Part shown: positions 42,381-51,849 of the stretch, piece by piece
How positions within the stretch are numbered: the stretch's first letter is position 1
Layout: each line of letters opens with the position of its first letter
Source of the DNA: Dehalococcoidia bacterium
GTDB lineage: Bacteria > Chloroflexota > Dehalococcoidia > SHYB01 > SHYL01
NCBI GenBank assembly: GCA_009692825.1
Contig: SHYL01000003.1
Coordinates: 1 to 57,261, forward strand
Direction of reading: 5' to 3'
Length of the DNA: 57,261 bases
Position numbers and translations under genes: made by a program
The notes under the pieces: model-generated
The model's input: only the letters and a program-made list of their open reading frames with translations
Told to the model about the DNA's origin: nothing
Database searches by the model: none

Positions 42381-43358
42381 CTATCTGCCCATCAAATCAT
42401 GGACTGCTTGAAGCACTTCGGCTTCACTGGGCATAGCCGCGAGCTCAAGGTTGCGAGCGTATGGGAGCGGCACTTCTTTGCCGGCGATCCTCTTTACCGG
42501 GCCGTCCAGGTAATCAAACGCCTCTTCGTAAATACGTGATGCCACTTCAGCCATGAAGCCACCTGACTTCCAGGTTTCTTCTATGAGAACAGCCCTGTTG
42601 GTTTTCATGACGGACTTAACAACTGTGTTGCTGTCCAACGGACGCAGCGTTCGCAGGTCTACCACTTCACAGTCGATTCCTTCCTGCGCCAGCTTCTCGG
42701 CTGCGGAGAGGGCTACATGGACCATCCTGCTGTAGCTGACAAGCGTCACGTCCTTGCCCTGGCGCTTTACGTCAGACAGGCCGATTGGGACGGTGTAGTC
42801 GCCTTCAGGGACTTCACCGCGTGATCTGTACAGCAGTGAATGCTCGACGAATAAAATCGGATTCTCCTCTTTCATAGAGGCGCGGAACAACCCTTTGATA
42901 TCGTAAGGTGTTGAGGGGCAAACAACCTTCAGCCCAGGCACTGTTGCATACCAGTGCTCAAGGCTCTGTGAATGAGTAGCTGCTAGCTGGTTTCCGCCGC
43001 CGCTTACAGTTCTGACTATCAGGGGTATCTTCACCTGTCCGCCGGACATGGACCTGATCTTAGCTGCATTATTTACGATTTGGTCGAGAGCTAACAGGCT
43101 GAAATTTATCGTCATGATTTCAACAATAGGCCTCATGCCGTTTATAGCTGCGCCAACGCCTGCGCCTACAAACCCGGACTCTGCAATCGGCGTGTCTATG
43201 ATGCGCTGAGGGCCAAACTCATCTATGAAGCCTTTCGTGACGGCATACGAACCGCCGTAAGGGCCGATGTCTTCGCCCATTATGAATACTCGATCGTCTT
43301 TTATGAGCGCCTCTCGCAGGGCATCATGTATCGCATCTCTATAAGTGATTACTGGCAT
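42381..43358 (-). CDS. pdhB: Pyruvate dehydrogenase E1 beta
   Basis: MGEDIG.YGG, DTPIAE, ATHSQ, DLRTLRPLD. Confidence 0.95.
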   Translation of the reverse strand: MPVITYRDAIHDALREALIKDDRVFIMGEDIGPYGGSYAVTKGFIDEFGPQRIIDTPIAESGFVGAGVGAAINGMRPIVEIMTINFSLLALDQIVNNAAKIRSMSGGQVKIPLIVRTVSGGGNQLAATHSQSLEHWYATVPGLKVVCPSTPYDIKGLFRASMKEENPILFVEHSLLYRSRGEVPEGDYTVPIGLSDVKRQGKDVTLVSYSRMVHVALSAAEKLAQEGIDCEVVDLRTLRPLDSNTVVKSVMKTNRAVLIEETWKSGGFMAEVASRIYEEAFDYLDGPVKRIAGKEVPLPYARNLELAAMPSEAEVLQAVHDLMGR

Positions 43359-43370
43359 TTAATTCAATCC

Positions 43371-44348
43371 TTATTCGACGTAGATGTCAGTGTAGAGGTC
43401 TTTAACATCAGGAGCGGGGCTTTCCTCTGCGAATTTAGCCGCATCCTGAACTTCTTTTTCTACCGCTGCTTCAATCTTCTGTATGTCTGCTTCTGTTGTA
43501 AGGTTGGCGGCGATAAGCCTGCGCTTGAAGCTTGCAATCGGGTCTTTCTTCTTCCAGAACTCCTCTTCGGCTCTGGTTCGGTAGCTCATCGGGTCAGCCA
43601 TAGAGTGGCCTTTGAATCGATAGCAGGTTGCTTCCAGCAAATATGGGCCCTTGCCGGAGCGGACATACTCTACAGCCTTCAGCATGCCCTGACGCATACC
43701 CTCTACGTCCATGCCGTCAACAGGCGCGGCCTCCACGTTGTATGCGGCGGCGGTCTTGTACAACTCTTTGAGAGGATATGAGTTCTCAAGCGATACGCCC
43801 ATGCCATAGCCGTTGTTCTCCAGCAGGAACAACACGGGAAGATTCCAGAGTGAGGCCAGCAGCATCGATTCGTGATATTCGCCTTCTTGCATAGCGCCGT
43901 CACCGAAGATGCAGACGACGATCGAGCCGTCTTTTTTGAACTTGGCGCCCATTGCTAAGCCTACTGCCATTGGCAGCATCGCAGCCACGATGGCGTAGCC
44001 GCCAAGGAATCCCTTGGAGGCGTCGAATATGTGCATGGAGCCGCCTTTGCCCTTGCTGGTACCGGTGCTCTTGCCGAGGAGCTCTGCCATCATCTTTTTC
44101 GTATCCACTCCACGGGCTATGGCGTGACCGTGGTCCCGGTAATGTGTCATTATCAAATCGCGAGGCTCAAGCGCTGAGAAGGCGCCGACGGCGACTGCTT
44201 CCTCACCTACGTACAGGTGAACGAATCCGCCTATCTTGCCTTCCGCATACTTCTCTGCACACATGTCCTCAAACCTGCGGATGAGAGCCATCTGCCGGTA
44301 AAACTCCATAAGCTGTTGTTTGTCTACAGCTATTTGTTTGGTCGCCAT
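43371..44348 (-). CDS. pdhA: Pyruvate dehydrogenase E1 alpha
   Basis: GFVHLY.GEEA, GKGGSMH, FGDGA..EG...E (TPP motif), YRFKGHSMADP. Confidence 0.95.
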   Translation of the reverse strand: MATKQIAVDKQQLMEFYRQMALIRRFEDMCAEKYAEGKIGGFVHLYVGEEAVAVGAFSALEPRDLIMTHYRDHGHAIARGVDTKKMMAELLGKSTGTSKGKGGSMHIFDASKGFLGGYAIVAAMLPMAVGLAMGAKFKKDGSIVVCIFGDGAMQEGEYHESMLLASLWNLPVLFLLENNGYGMGVSLENSYPLKELYKTAAAYNVEAAPVDGMDVEGMRQGMLKAVEYVRSGKGPYLLEATCYRFKGHSMADPMSYRTRAEEEFWKKKDPIASFKRRLIAANLTTEADIQKIEAAVEKEVQDAAKFAEESPAPDVKDLYTDIYVE

Positions 44349-44379
44349 TCTTCCTCCTTAACGTGCGTGCAAAGATTCA

Positions 44380-45786
44380 CTAAGCGTCGATCGCTTCGCC
44401 GGTGGCTGCGAGGGCAGCCTGTTTCACTGCTTCAGATAGTGTAGGGTGTGCATGTGTCATCCATCCGAGGTCAGAGGCTGTTCCTTCGAGCATCTTCAGG
44501 ACACCGACCTCTGCAAGAAGCTCTGTTACATCAGGGCCTACCATATGCGCTCCGATAATGTCCCCGTACTTGGCATCCGTTATCAGCTTGACCATTCCTT
44601 CGGTTTCAGCGATACCACTGGCCTTGCCGTTGTTCCTGAACTGAAACTTACCGATCTTAATATTAAGGCCTTTTGCCCTTGCTTGCGCTTCTGTAAGGCC
44701 GATGCTTGCAATCTGAGGCTGGCAGTATGTAGCTCTGGGCATGTCGCTGTAATTTATCGACGGCGTCTCTTTGCCGGCGATTCGCTCAGCTGCCGCGATA
44801 CCCTGTGTTGATGCTACATGCGCCAGCAGGAGCTTGCCTGTGACGTCGCCAATAGCGTAGATGTTCGGGACGTTGGTCTGCATATTGCCGTTTATCTTGA
44901 TATACCCCCGGTCTACTTCGACACCTAGCTTTTCAAGGCCCAGGTTATCGCTATTAGCCTGAACGCCGATTCCTACAAGTACGTTCTCGCAGGACACCTC
45001 GCCCTTCTCGGTACCCTGGGAGTATTTCACCACGACGCCTTCGCCCTTTTTATCGACTGAGTCTACCTTTGCGCCGGTCACTATCTTGATGCCCTGCTTC
45101 TTGAAAGACTTCTCAAGCTCGAGCGATATCTCTTCATCTTCGTTCGGAACCAGGTGCGGCTGCATCTCGATTATCGTTACGTCGCTGCCGTACGCTTTGA
45201 GGTAGTAGGCGAACTCTACGCCGATCGCGCCGCCGCCAACAATGCTTATTGCTGAAGGCAGCTTGCGCATGTCGAGCGCTTCGCGGCTGGTGATGATATT
45301 TTTCTTATCTATCGTCAGACCAGGCAGGCTCCTTGAGCGCGCGCCTGTGGCAATGATGATATTCTTCGAGTTCAGCGTCTCGCCGGTGGGTTTGATTTCT
45401 ATCTTGTTCGCGCCGGATATAACCGCTTCGCCCTTCACGGATTCGATCTTGTTCTTCTTCATCAGGAACTGTACCCCGCTTACGTGGGTCTTGGAAACAG
45501 CCCTGCTTCTCTCCACGGCTTTGGCGATATCGTACTGAAAGTTATCAAATGTAAATCCGAAGTCTTTGCCGCGCTTAAACAGGTTGATAAGCTCAGCGTT
45601 TCTAAGCAGTGCCTTGCTTGGAACGCATCCCCAATTCAAGCAGACGCCGCCCCATCCGCCTATGCCGGTGCCATCGTCTCTTTCGACGATCGCGGTCTTT
45701 AGGCCCAGCTGTGCGCAGCGAATGGCAGTGATATAGCCGCCAGGTCCAGCGCCGATAACGACTACATCGAAGTTAAAATCTTTCAG
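44380..45786 (-). CDS. lpdA: Dihydrolipoamide dehydrogenase E3 (extends 49 codons beyond the ORF-track start, to a CTG)
   Basis: In-frame upstream sequence encodes FDVVVIGAGPGGY..AIR.AQLG and GGVCLNWGCVPSKALL; C-terminal HAHPTLSE. Confidence 0.95.
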   Translation of the reverse strand: MKDFNFDVVVIGAGPGGYITAIRCAQLGLKTAIVERDDGTGIGGWGGVCLNWGCVPSKALLRNAELINLFKRGKDFGFTFDNFQYDIAKAVERSRAVSKTHVSGVQFLMKKNKIESVKGEAVISGANKIEIKPTGETLNSKNIIIATGARSRSLPGLTIDKKNIITSREALDMRKLPSAISIVGGGAIGVEFAYYLKAYGSDVTIIEMQPHLVPNEDEEISLELEKSFKKQGIKIVTGAKVDSVDKKGEGVVVKYSQGTEKGEVSCENVLVGIGVQANSDNLGLEKLGVEVDRGYIKINGNMQTNVPNIYAIGDVTGKLLLAHVASTQGIAAAERIAGKETPSINYSDMPRATYCQPQIASIGLTEAQARAKGLNIKIGKFQFRNNGKASGIAETEGMVKLITDAKYGDIIGAHMVGPDVTELLAEVGVLKMLEGTASDLGWMTHAHPTLSEAVKQAALAATGEAIDA

Positions 45787-45894
45787 TTTTTATAACCCTC
45801 ACAAAAACGTAAATCCTGTTCAAAAATCATTCTATTTATTATAAGAGAGGCAACAATATCTTCCAGCCCTGAAACATGATTGCAACAATCGTTG

Positions 45895-46842
45895 CTAAAT
45901 CGTCAGCTTCTCGACCTGCTTATTTGCATGGTATGAGCTTCTTACCAGGGGGCCTGATTCCACGTGACGTATACCCATTTTTGTGCCTTCTTCAGCGAGC
46001 TCGCGAAACTCCTGCGGAGTGTAGAACTTCATCACGGGCGCATGCTTTTCAGAAGGTCTCAGATACTGGCCTATGGTCAAAATATCTACTTCAGAATCGT
46101 GGATATCGGCCATCGTCTCTCGTATTTCGTCAGTCGTCTCACCCAGACCGACCATGATGCCGGTCTTTGTGAGTATCGTTCGGTCTATCTGCTTGGCCTT
46201 CAAGAGCAGCTCAAGGGACCGTTCATAGACTGCCTTGGGCCTGATCCTGCGATATAACCTCTGCACTGTCTCGGTATTGTGGTTCAGGACTTCCGGCCTG
46301 GCGTCCATCACTACTTTGAGAGCGTCCCAGTTGCCCATGAAGTCAGGTATAAGGACTTCTACTGCACACCCAGGTACCTTTGCGTGTATCTGGCGTATGC
46401 ATTCAGCGAATATCTCAGAGCCGCCGTCAGGAGCATCGTCGCGATTCACAGATGTGATGACGCAATGCTTCAGGTTTAATGCCTTAACCGCGTTTGACAA
46501 TCTCAAAGGCTCCAGCTTATCGATAGCGCCGGGCTTACCTTTCTGGACAGCGCAGAAGGCACAACTTCTTGTGCAGATATCGCCAAGTATTAGGAACGTT
46601 GCGGTGCCCGCGTCCCAGCACTCGCCTAGGTTGGGACAGTGCGCCTCTTCACAAATCGTATGAAGGTTCATGCCGCGCATGAGGTTGCGCAGTCTTACAT
46701 AGTTCTCGCCGCCTGGAAGTTTTGCCTTCAGCCACTCTGGTAGCCTTCGCTCTACAGGTGCATTCGGGGATGCGGAAACTGGAGCAGGCTGTGAGCCAGC
46801 CATTGGTAATAACGAATTGTTTTCCTGGGGGGAACTTAACAT
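45895..46842 (-). CDS. lipA: Lipoyl synthase
   Basis: TICEEAHCPNLGECW, CTRSCAFC, NHNTETV, VRSSYHA. Confidence 0.97.
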   Translation of the reverse strand: MLSSPQENNSLLPMAGSQPAPVSASPNAPVERRLPEWLKAKLPGGENYVRLRNLMRGMNLHTICEEAHCPNLGECWDAGTATFLILGDICTRSCAFCAVQKGKPGAIDKLEPLRLSNAVKALNLKHCVITSVNRDDAPDGGSEIFAECIRQIHAKVPGCAVEVLIPDFMGNWDALKVVMDARPEVLNHNTETVQRLYRRIRPKAVYERSLELLLKAKQIDRTILTKTGIMVGLGETTDEIRETMADIHDSEVDILTIGQYLRPSEKHAPVMKFYTPQEFRELAEEGTKMGIRHVESGPLVRSSYHANKQVEKLTI

Positions 46843-46894
46843 TTCACATTATTGTATGGCGGAGCACGCAGTAACTCAAATTTTTGAAACGCTG

Positions 46895-48283
46895 TTAGCG
46901 TAGACGCAGGTGCTTGAACAAAAGCGGATGAACCTGCTTGGCCTGCCCCAGCGCCTGCATCATCACTTTACGTAATGTAAAGTGGGCATCTGGTCCGGTT
47001 CGAAGCTTGAACAGGTGGTAGCACTCTCTCAGGTTCATCTTGCAGATGACACGCCTCAGGTGAGCATGTGTTGTCACATACGGAGCAACCGCAGGCATCT
47101 CTTTGTATATCTTGTCGAACGCCTGCTGTGAGATATCCATAGACTTCTTGAACTCACCGAATAGGCCTCCCTGCTCAATGAGGTCTGGGATTAAATATCC
47201 GTGGGCCACGGTTGCAGGCTGAGCGATGTAGCTCATCATCCTGTGGCGTTTCAGCTCTCTGTACGCCCCATAGTCGAGCAAGAACTCGAACGTATAGTCG
47301 ATGCTTTCCAACTCCCGCACAGGCACGTCGTGGGCACCCAGTGTTTTCAGCGCGTCATCGATCATTGATTCAATCGTTTCCTGGGACGCCTCATCGATTC
47401 GCTTTCTTACGACTTCATAAGGTTCATTCGAAAATCTGTAGAGCAGTGCCGTTGCAATCCTTCGCTCTGCGTTGGCGTCGAACTGGACCAGTTTGGCGTA
47501 AGGGTTTAATGGTTTGGCTGGGAGAGAATTACTGATGTTCTTCTGTGATTGCCTCGTGCCTACGATATATTCATTTCTATCCGCGTACTTGACCAGGGTG
47601 GGCGTCATTTTGCGCCCCTGCTCTTTAAGCTCCTGGCCTATCTCACGAAGCTCTTCAAGTTCTGACGACAGCAGCTTGGTTATCGCATGCTCCAGCGCGC
47701 GTGAGTTTATTGTCATGCCAACGTTTGTAAGAGTGGACGCCGGGAGTATGAATCGGCAGTGGTCGGTGGCTATACGTCTGAGCCGCAGGTTATAAGCGCC
47801 ATCTTTTTCATCCGGCTTCTGTGGATTCTGGCTTTTTAAGAATTGGATTGTGTCCGATAGAGCCTTTTCGTACGCTGCGAATAAGGAGGCGCAAGCGTCT
47901 TTATACGTTGCTTCCAATCCGGGGTGCTGCGCCAGCTCTTTTGGCGTGTAATAGGTGCCATTTTCGAGCACTTGGTACCTGGAAGACTTCTCGGTGTAAG
48001 CGGCCAGCCTATTGTCTTCAACGTCGTCAGCGGCGAGGCGCGAGATATTCTCGACTGCCATGTGCAATACAGCATGTTCGGCAACTGATGAGTGGCCGTA
48101 GTTCAGGACCCAGCGTTCGTTGAAGTCTGCGGCTTTGGCGTCGGTCACCATGCGGCTTATCTCGTCGAACGCTTCAGGGCGACGAGACGTCATAGCGAAC
48201 GTAACCGCTATTTGCTCCTGCGATAGGCTGCGCGAGTCTAGGGCGTAGATTCGGCGCTCATTGATGTTGATTTTAGTTGCCAT
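46895..48283 (-). CDS. thyX: Tandem-domain FAD-dependent thymidylate synthase (ThyX-like)
   Basis: YGHSSVAEH, ISRLA, YTEKSSRY, RFILPA in domain 1; YRELKRHRM, NLRE.YH..KLR in domain 2. Confidence 0.82.
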   Translation of the reverse strand: MATKININERRIYALDSRSLSQEQIAVTFAMTSRRPEAFDEISRMVTDAKAADFNERWVLNYGHSSVAEHAVLHMAVENISRLAADDVEDNRLAAYTEKSSRYQVLENGTYYTPKELAQHPGLEATYKDACASLFAAYEKALSDTIQFLKSQNPQKPDEKDGAYNLRLRRIATDHCRFILPASTLTNVGMTINSRALEHAITKLLSSELEELREIGQELKEQGRKMTPTLVKYADRNEYIVGTRQSQKNISNSLPAKPLNPYAKLVQFDANAERRIATALLYRFSNEPYEVVRKRIDEASQETIESMIDDALKTLGAHDVPVRELESIDYTFEFLLDYGAYRELKRHRMMSYIAQPATVAHGYLIPDLIEQGGLFGEFKKSMDISQQAFDKIYKEMPAVAPYVTTHAHLRRVICKMNLRECYHLFKLRTGPDAHFTLRKVMMQALGQAKQVHPLLFKHLRLR

Positions 48284-48342
48284 ATCGGTTTAGTATCCTC
48301 GAACTGGATTGTAGATTAACTCACCCCGTCAGTAAACGCCTT

Positions 48343-49059
48343 TTATACGCCTCTTTTGTTCCCCCAGAGCATTATGTGCAGCCTGGACGAGAATCGATAA
48401 CCTTTTTCTTCACATAACTTTGTAAGCCAAGCGCTTCGCATGTTAAGCGCCGCCTTTGTCGCTGCCTGGGGCATTAAGATTATCTGCTCTTTGCTTATGC
48501 AGTATTTATCTGCAAGTACTTCCACTTCTTTGACGTCTGATTCTTCTGAAATAACAAACTTGAAGAAGCTGCGTTTGCTGCTTGCAAAGGTCTTTAGCGC
48601 TGGAGTGATTTCACGTTTCTGCGGTGAGTTCCCAGAATTGGCCAGCTTTGGCGAAACGTTCCACTGGTCTATGAGCGATAGCATTTCAGGGGATGGGGTT
48701 ATTGTTCCGTTCGTCTCGATTTCAAAAACGTAACCGCTGCTTTTCAGCCACTTGCAGAGAGGGAAGAGTTTGTCCTGATGGAGAAGTGGCTCCCCGCCGG
48801 TTATTATCAGGCGCTTCATTCCGAAAGCGGAGACCGCATTGCATATGTCTTCTACGCTCATTTTGGTTGTCTCTTTCGCCTGATCGAAGTGCGCCCAGTC
48901 CCACGTGTACTTTGTGTCGCACCAGGCACACCGCAGGTTGCACTGGGCAAGCCTCAGGAATACAGACGGTGTGCCGGCGGAAGCACCCTCTCCTTGTATA
49001 GATTGGAATATTTCAGGCTGGCCGTCTGATTTGCGGCTGACTTCCAGTAACTCGCTCAT
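48343..49059 (-). CDS. queE: 7-carboxy-7-deazaguanine synthase (radical SAM)
   Basis: EIFQSIQGEG, FLRL..CNLRCAWCDTKY, TGGEPLL, IETNGT, SPKL, RLH. Confidence 0.93.
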   Translation of the reverse strand: MSELLEVSRKSDGQPEIFQSIQGEGASAGTPSVFLRLAQCNLRCAWCDTKYTWDWAHFDQAKETTKMSVEDICNAVSAFGMKRLIITGGEPLLHQDKLFPLCKWLKSSGYVFEIETNGTITPSPEMLSLIDQWNVSPKLANSGNSPQKREITPALKTFASSKRSFFKFVISEESDVKEVEVLADKYCISKEQIILMPQAATKAALNMRSAWLTKLCEEKGYRFSSRLHIMLWGNKRGV

Positions 49060-49814
49060 TTTGTTTTCTTTGAGGATGAAATGGCAGGGTCTTTTACGCC
49101 TGCTTCTTTGAAGCCTTTGGCACGCAATACACAGCTGTCGCACACGCCGCAGGGCTTGGCGCTGCCCTGATAACAGCTCCACGTAAGCTCTATCGGCGCT
49201 TTGTACTTAATCCCAGCCATTACAATCTCTGCTTTGCTCATCCTTATTAGCGGTGTTTCGATTCCTAACTTGACCTTGTATTGAGTAAATAGTTTGCTGC
49301 CCTGGTTTATCGCGGCAGAGATTTTCTCGTAGTATTCTGGCCTGCAGTCTGGGTAACCGCTGTAGTCGAGGGCGTTTGGACCAAGCCATAAGGTAGTTCT
49401 CAATCCTGATGGCTTTACCCCGTCCTTCTCGATCGCATCGAGCGCATGGCTCTCCAGAAATGCGGCGCCCATGGTAATGAAGAAGGTGTTTCTGAGCGGC
49501 ACGTAGGTTATGGGGATATCTGACTCCCGGTTTTTGAGGACGCCAGGCTTTGCGGCTTCCTCGGGGATGTTGAACTGTTCTGTGCTCGTCAGTGCGGAAT
49601 ACCATGCAAGTGTTTTAAAAAAATTCGCTTTCACAACCTGGTGTTGTATCCCAAGGAAACGCGCGACTTTTGCTGCGGCTACGGTTTCTTTCAGGTGGGT
49701 CTGCCCGTAGTTGATGGTAAGTGCAAAGAGGCTGTCCACTTTCCGTTTCGCCATCGCGGCCACGCTTGTGGAGTCCAGCCCTCCCGATAAAAGCACAACG
49801 CCGATGTTCTTCAT
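49056..49814 (-). CDS. queC: 7-cyano-7-deazaguanine synthase
   Basis: LLSGGLDS, YGQ.H, TYVP.RN, DYSGYPDCR, TWSCY, CGVCDSC.LR. Confidence 0.96.
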   Translation of the reverse strand: MKNIGVVLLSGGLDSTSVAAMAKRKVDSLFALTINYGQTHLKETVAAAKVARFLGIQHQVVKANFFKTLAWYSALTSTEQFNIPEEAAKPGVLKNRESDIPITYVPLRNTFFITMGAAFLESHALDAIEKDGVKPSGLRTTLWLGPNALDYSGYPDCRPEYYEKISAAINQGSKLFTQYKVKLGIETPLIRMSKAEIVMAGIKYKAPIELTWSCYQGSAKPCGVCDSCVLRAKGFKEAGVKDPAISSSKKTK

Positions 49815-49896
49815 AGCAAGTAATTTTAGCTCAGAGATTCACATGCTAAAATTTCCTAGGTCAAATTCGTATATATCGCGCACGTTAGGAGCCGCC

Positions 49897-50898
49897 ATGA
49901 AATATCGAGAGCTTGGAAAAACCGGAATCAAAGTTTCAGAGGTCGGGTTTGGCCTCTGGACTGTCAGCACTGGATGGTGGGGTAAGTTTACCGACGAACA
50001 GGCTGTAGCGATGATACGGAAAGCTTTCGATCTTGGCGTTACGCTGTTCGATTCGGCAGATGCTTATGGCGACGGTCGTGCAGATTTACAGCTCGCATCC
50101 GCCTTAAAGGACAAGCGCAATCGGATAGTCATATCCACCAAGTTCGGCTACGACTTTTACAATGCGCCTCCGCGTAACGGTCACCAGGAAGGCCCGCAGG
50201 ACTTCTCGCCCAAGTTCGTTAAGTTTGCCTGCGAGGAAGCGCTCAAACGTCTTGCCACTGACCATATCGATATCTACCAGATGCACAACCCTCGGCTCAC
50301 AACTATCCAGGGTGACGACCTGTTCGCGCTGCTGGAGCAGCTTAAAACCGAGGGGAAGATACGCTGCTACGGGGCAGCGCTCGGCCCCGCCATCGGTTGG
50401 AAAGTTGAGGGGCTGGCGTTCCTGGCACGAAGCTCTACCGGCATGATGCAGATAATCCACAACCTGTTTGAGCAGGACCCTGGTTGCGCATTTCTCGATG
50501 CCGCCAGGAAAAACGGCAACGGATTCATGGTGCGCGTCCCGCACTCTTCAGGCCTGCTTGAAGGCAAGTACAGCAAAGATACTACCTTTGAAGAGGACGA
50601 CCACCGCTCGCACAGGATGAAGGTAAACCGCGATTGGCTTACATACGGTCTGCAGAAGCTGGAGAAGGTCAAGTTCATATATGAGGGCCGCGATTTAACA
50701 GTTGGACAGGCGGCGCTGAAGTGGCTTTTGTCTGAACCTCTCATCGCAAGCACCCTGCCGAATATCTATAACGATGAGCAGCTTGTTGAGTTTACACAGG
50801 CGCCAGATAAGGCTGACCTGAGCGGCTCAGATATTGCAAAGCTGGCCGAACTGTATTCGCGCAACTTTTACGTTCAGCAGCCTGCCGCTACTGCCTAG
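49897..50898 (+). CDS. Aldo/keto reductase
   Basis: MKYRELGKTG..VSEVGFG, FDSADAYG.G, STKFG, L.RL.TD.ID.YQ.H; SD AGGAG before ATG 49897. Confidence 0.92.
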   Translation: MKYRELGKTGIKVSEVGFGLWTVSTGWWGKFTDEQAVAMIRKAFDLGVTLFDSADAYGDGRADLQLASALKDKRNRIVISTKFGYDFYNAPPRNGHQEGPQDFSPKFVKFACEEALKRLATDHIDIYQMHNPRLTTIQGDDLFALLEQLKTEGKIRCYGAALGPAIGWKVEGLAFLARSSTGMMQIIHNLFEQDPGCAFLDAARKNGNGFMVRVPHSSGLLEGKYSKDTTFEEDDHRSHRMKVNRDWLTYGLQKLEKVKFIYEGRDLTVGQAALKWLLSEPLIASTLPNIYNDEQLVEFTQAPDKADLSGSDIAKLAELYSRNFYVQQPAATA

Positions 50899-51253
50899 CG
50901 TTAATTTTCTGGCATGACGTGCGCACGTCTAATACTTCCCATACCCACGTCACAAGGATCCCTGCTAGCGCTGCGAATGCCATCGCTAAAAAGAAATAGC
51001 TGTAAGCATCACTTATTACGATAACTGAAAATAGCAGGAATAACGCCCAGAGCCCGCCTAAGCCCCAGATTACACCTGTAAAGATAAGCGCCAGACTTAC
51101 CTTCCCAAGGTATAAATGCCCGGCTCCCATAAAAGGCAGGATACCTGCAAGCAATACGGCTACCGTAAGGTTTCTTTTTCTGTAATCAGGTTTTGAACTC
51201 TCTAAAAGCACAGATCTTATCTTATTGCATTTCCTAACAATTTTCACAGTCAA
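50888..51253 (-). CDS. Small membrane protein, TM2-domain-like; start uncertain
   Basis: KRN..VAVLLA..LP..GAGHLYLGK motif followed by hydrophobic helices. Confidence 0.55.
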   Translation of the reverse strand: MTVKIVRKCNKIRSVLLESSKPDYRKRNLTVAVLLAGILPFMGAGHLYLGKVSLALIFTGVIWGLGGLWALFLLFSVIVISDAYSYFFLAMAFAALAGILVTWVWEVLDVRTSCQKINARQ

Positions 51254-51455
51254 TCAGCTACTAAAAGCTAACAAATTTAGCAAACTGGAATACAAAAATA
51301 GTTTTATTTCATTGTTACTAGTACGGAATCTGATGTTAACTTCCACTTATTGATTTTGCCAATAAGAATGGTCTAAGCTTCGCATATACGGATCGACAAG
51401 AACTGAATATCGCGGATATTTAATCTAAAAGATTGCGACAGAAAGGAGGTATGGC

Positions 51456-51803
51456 ATGCCTTCCAAATTAGAGCGAGAGCTGGATGAGATAGTTAAAAAA
51501 GTAGGCAGCTTGCGAACCAGGCCCAGTTCAGGCGCGATTATCAGGAATACACGGTGGACCTTTTACAGCTTCATAACCTTTTTCAAACGACTCCTTCCCT
51601 TCGCACTTCAACCTAGCGCCATTATGCCCGTAGGGTTCATGGTGTTGGTGGCAGGTCTGCTGGTAAGGTCCTTCAATTCGACGCTGGGAACAGCTTTGCT
51701 GCTTAGCGGTATTGCTTTCATAGTCGTGGCGCACCTTACTTATATCACGCGGCCTGCGCGAAAGCCCACTGGCTGGCGCGGACGTGATTTGAACAGGCGC
51801 TAG
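51456..51803 (+). CDS. Hypothetical membrane protein
   Basis: Strong SD AAAGGAGG; ERELDEI N-terminus, two TM helices, WRGR C-terminus. Confidence 0.7.
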   Translation: MPSKLERELDEIVKKVGSLRTRPSSGAIIRNTRWTFYSFITFFKRLLPFALQPSAIMPVGFMVLVAGLLVRSFNSTLGTALLLSGIAFIVVAHLTYITRPARKPTGWRGRDLNRR

Positions 51804-51849
51804 CTGTTGAATGCTGGCGGGTCCGCCGCATATCGAATAATATTTACTG

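Noticed and set aside
44380-45639. lpdA as a 5'-truncated pseudogene
   Set aside because: The missing FAD-binding N-terminus is intact and in frame up to a CTG with an SD.
48343-49814. 7-deazaguanine DNA-modification (dpd) defence island
   Set aside because: No dpdA/tgt paralogue or dpdB-K genes in the window; queC, queE and queF fit ordinary queuosine synthesis.
49815-49896. preQ1 riboswitch or operator palindrome (AATTTTAGC-N14-GCTAAAATT) upstream of queC
   Set aside because: No preQ1 aptamer consensus and no room for a leader; the inverted repeat is explained by two back-to-back gcTAAAAT -10 boxes.
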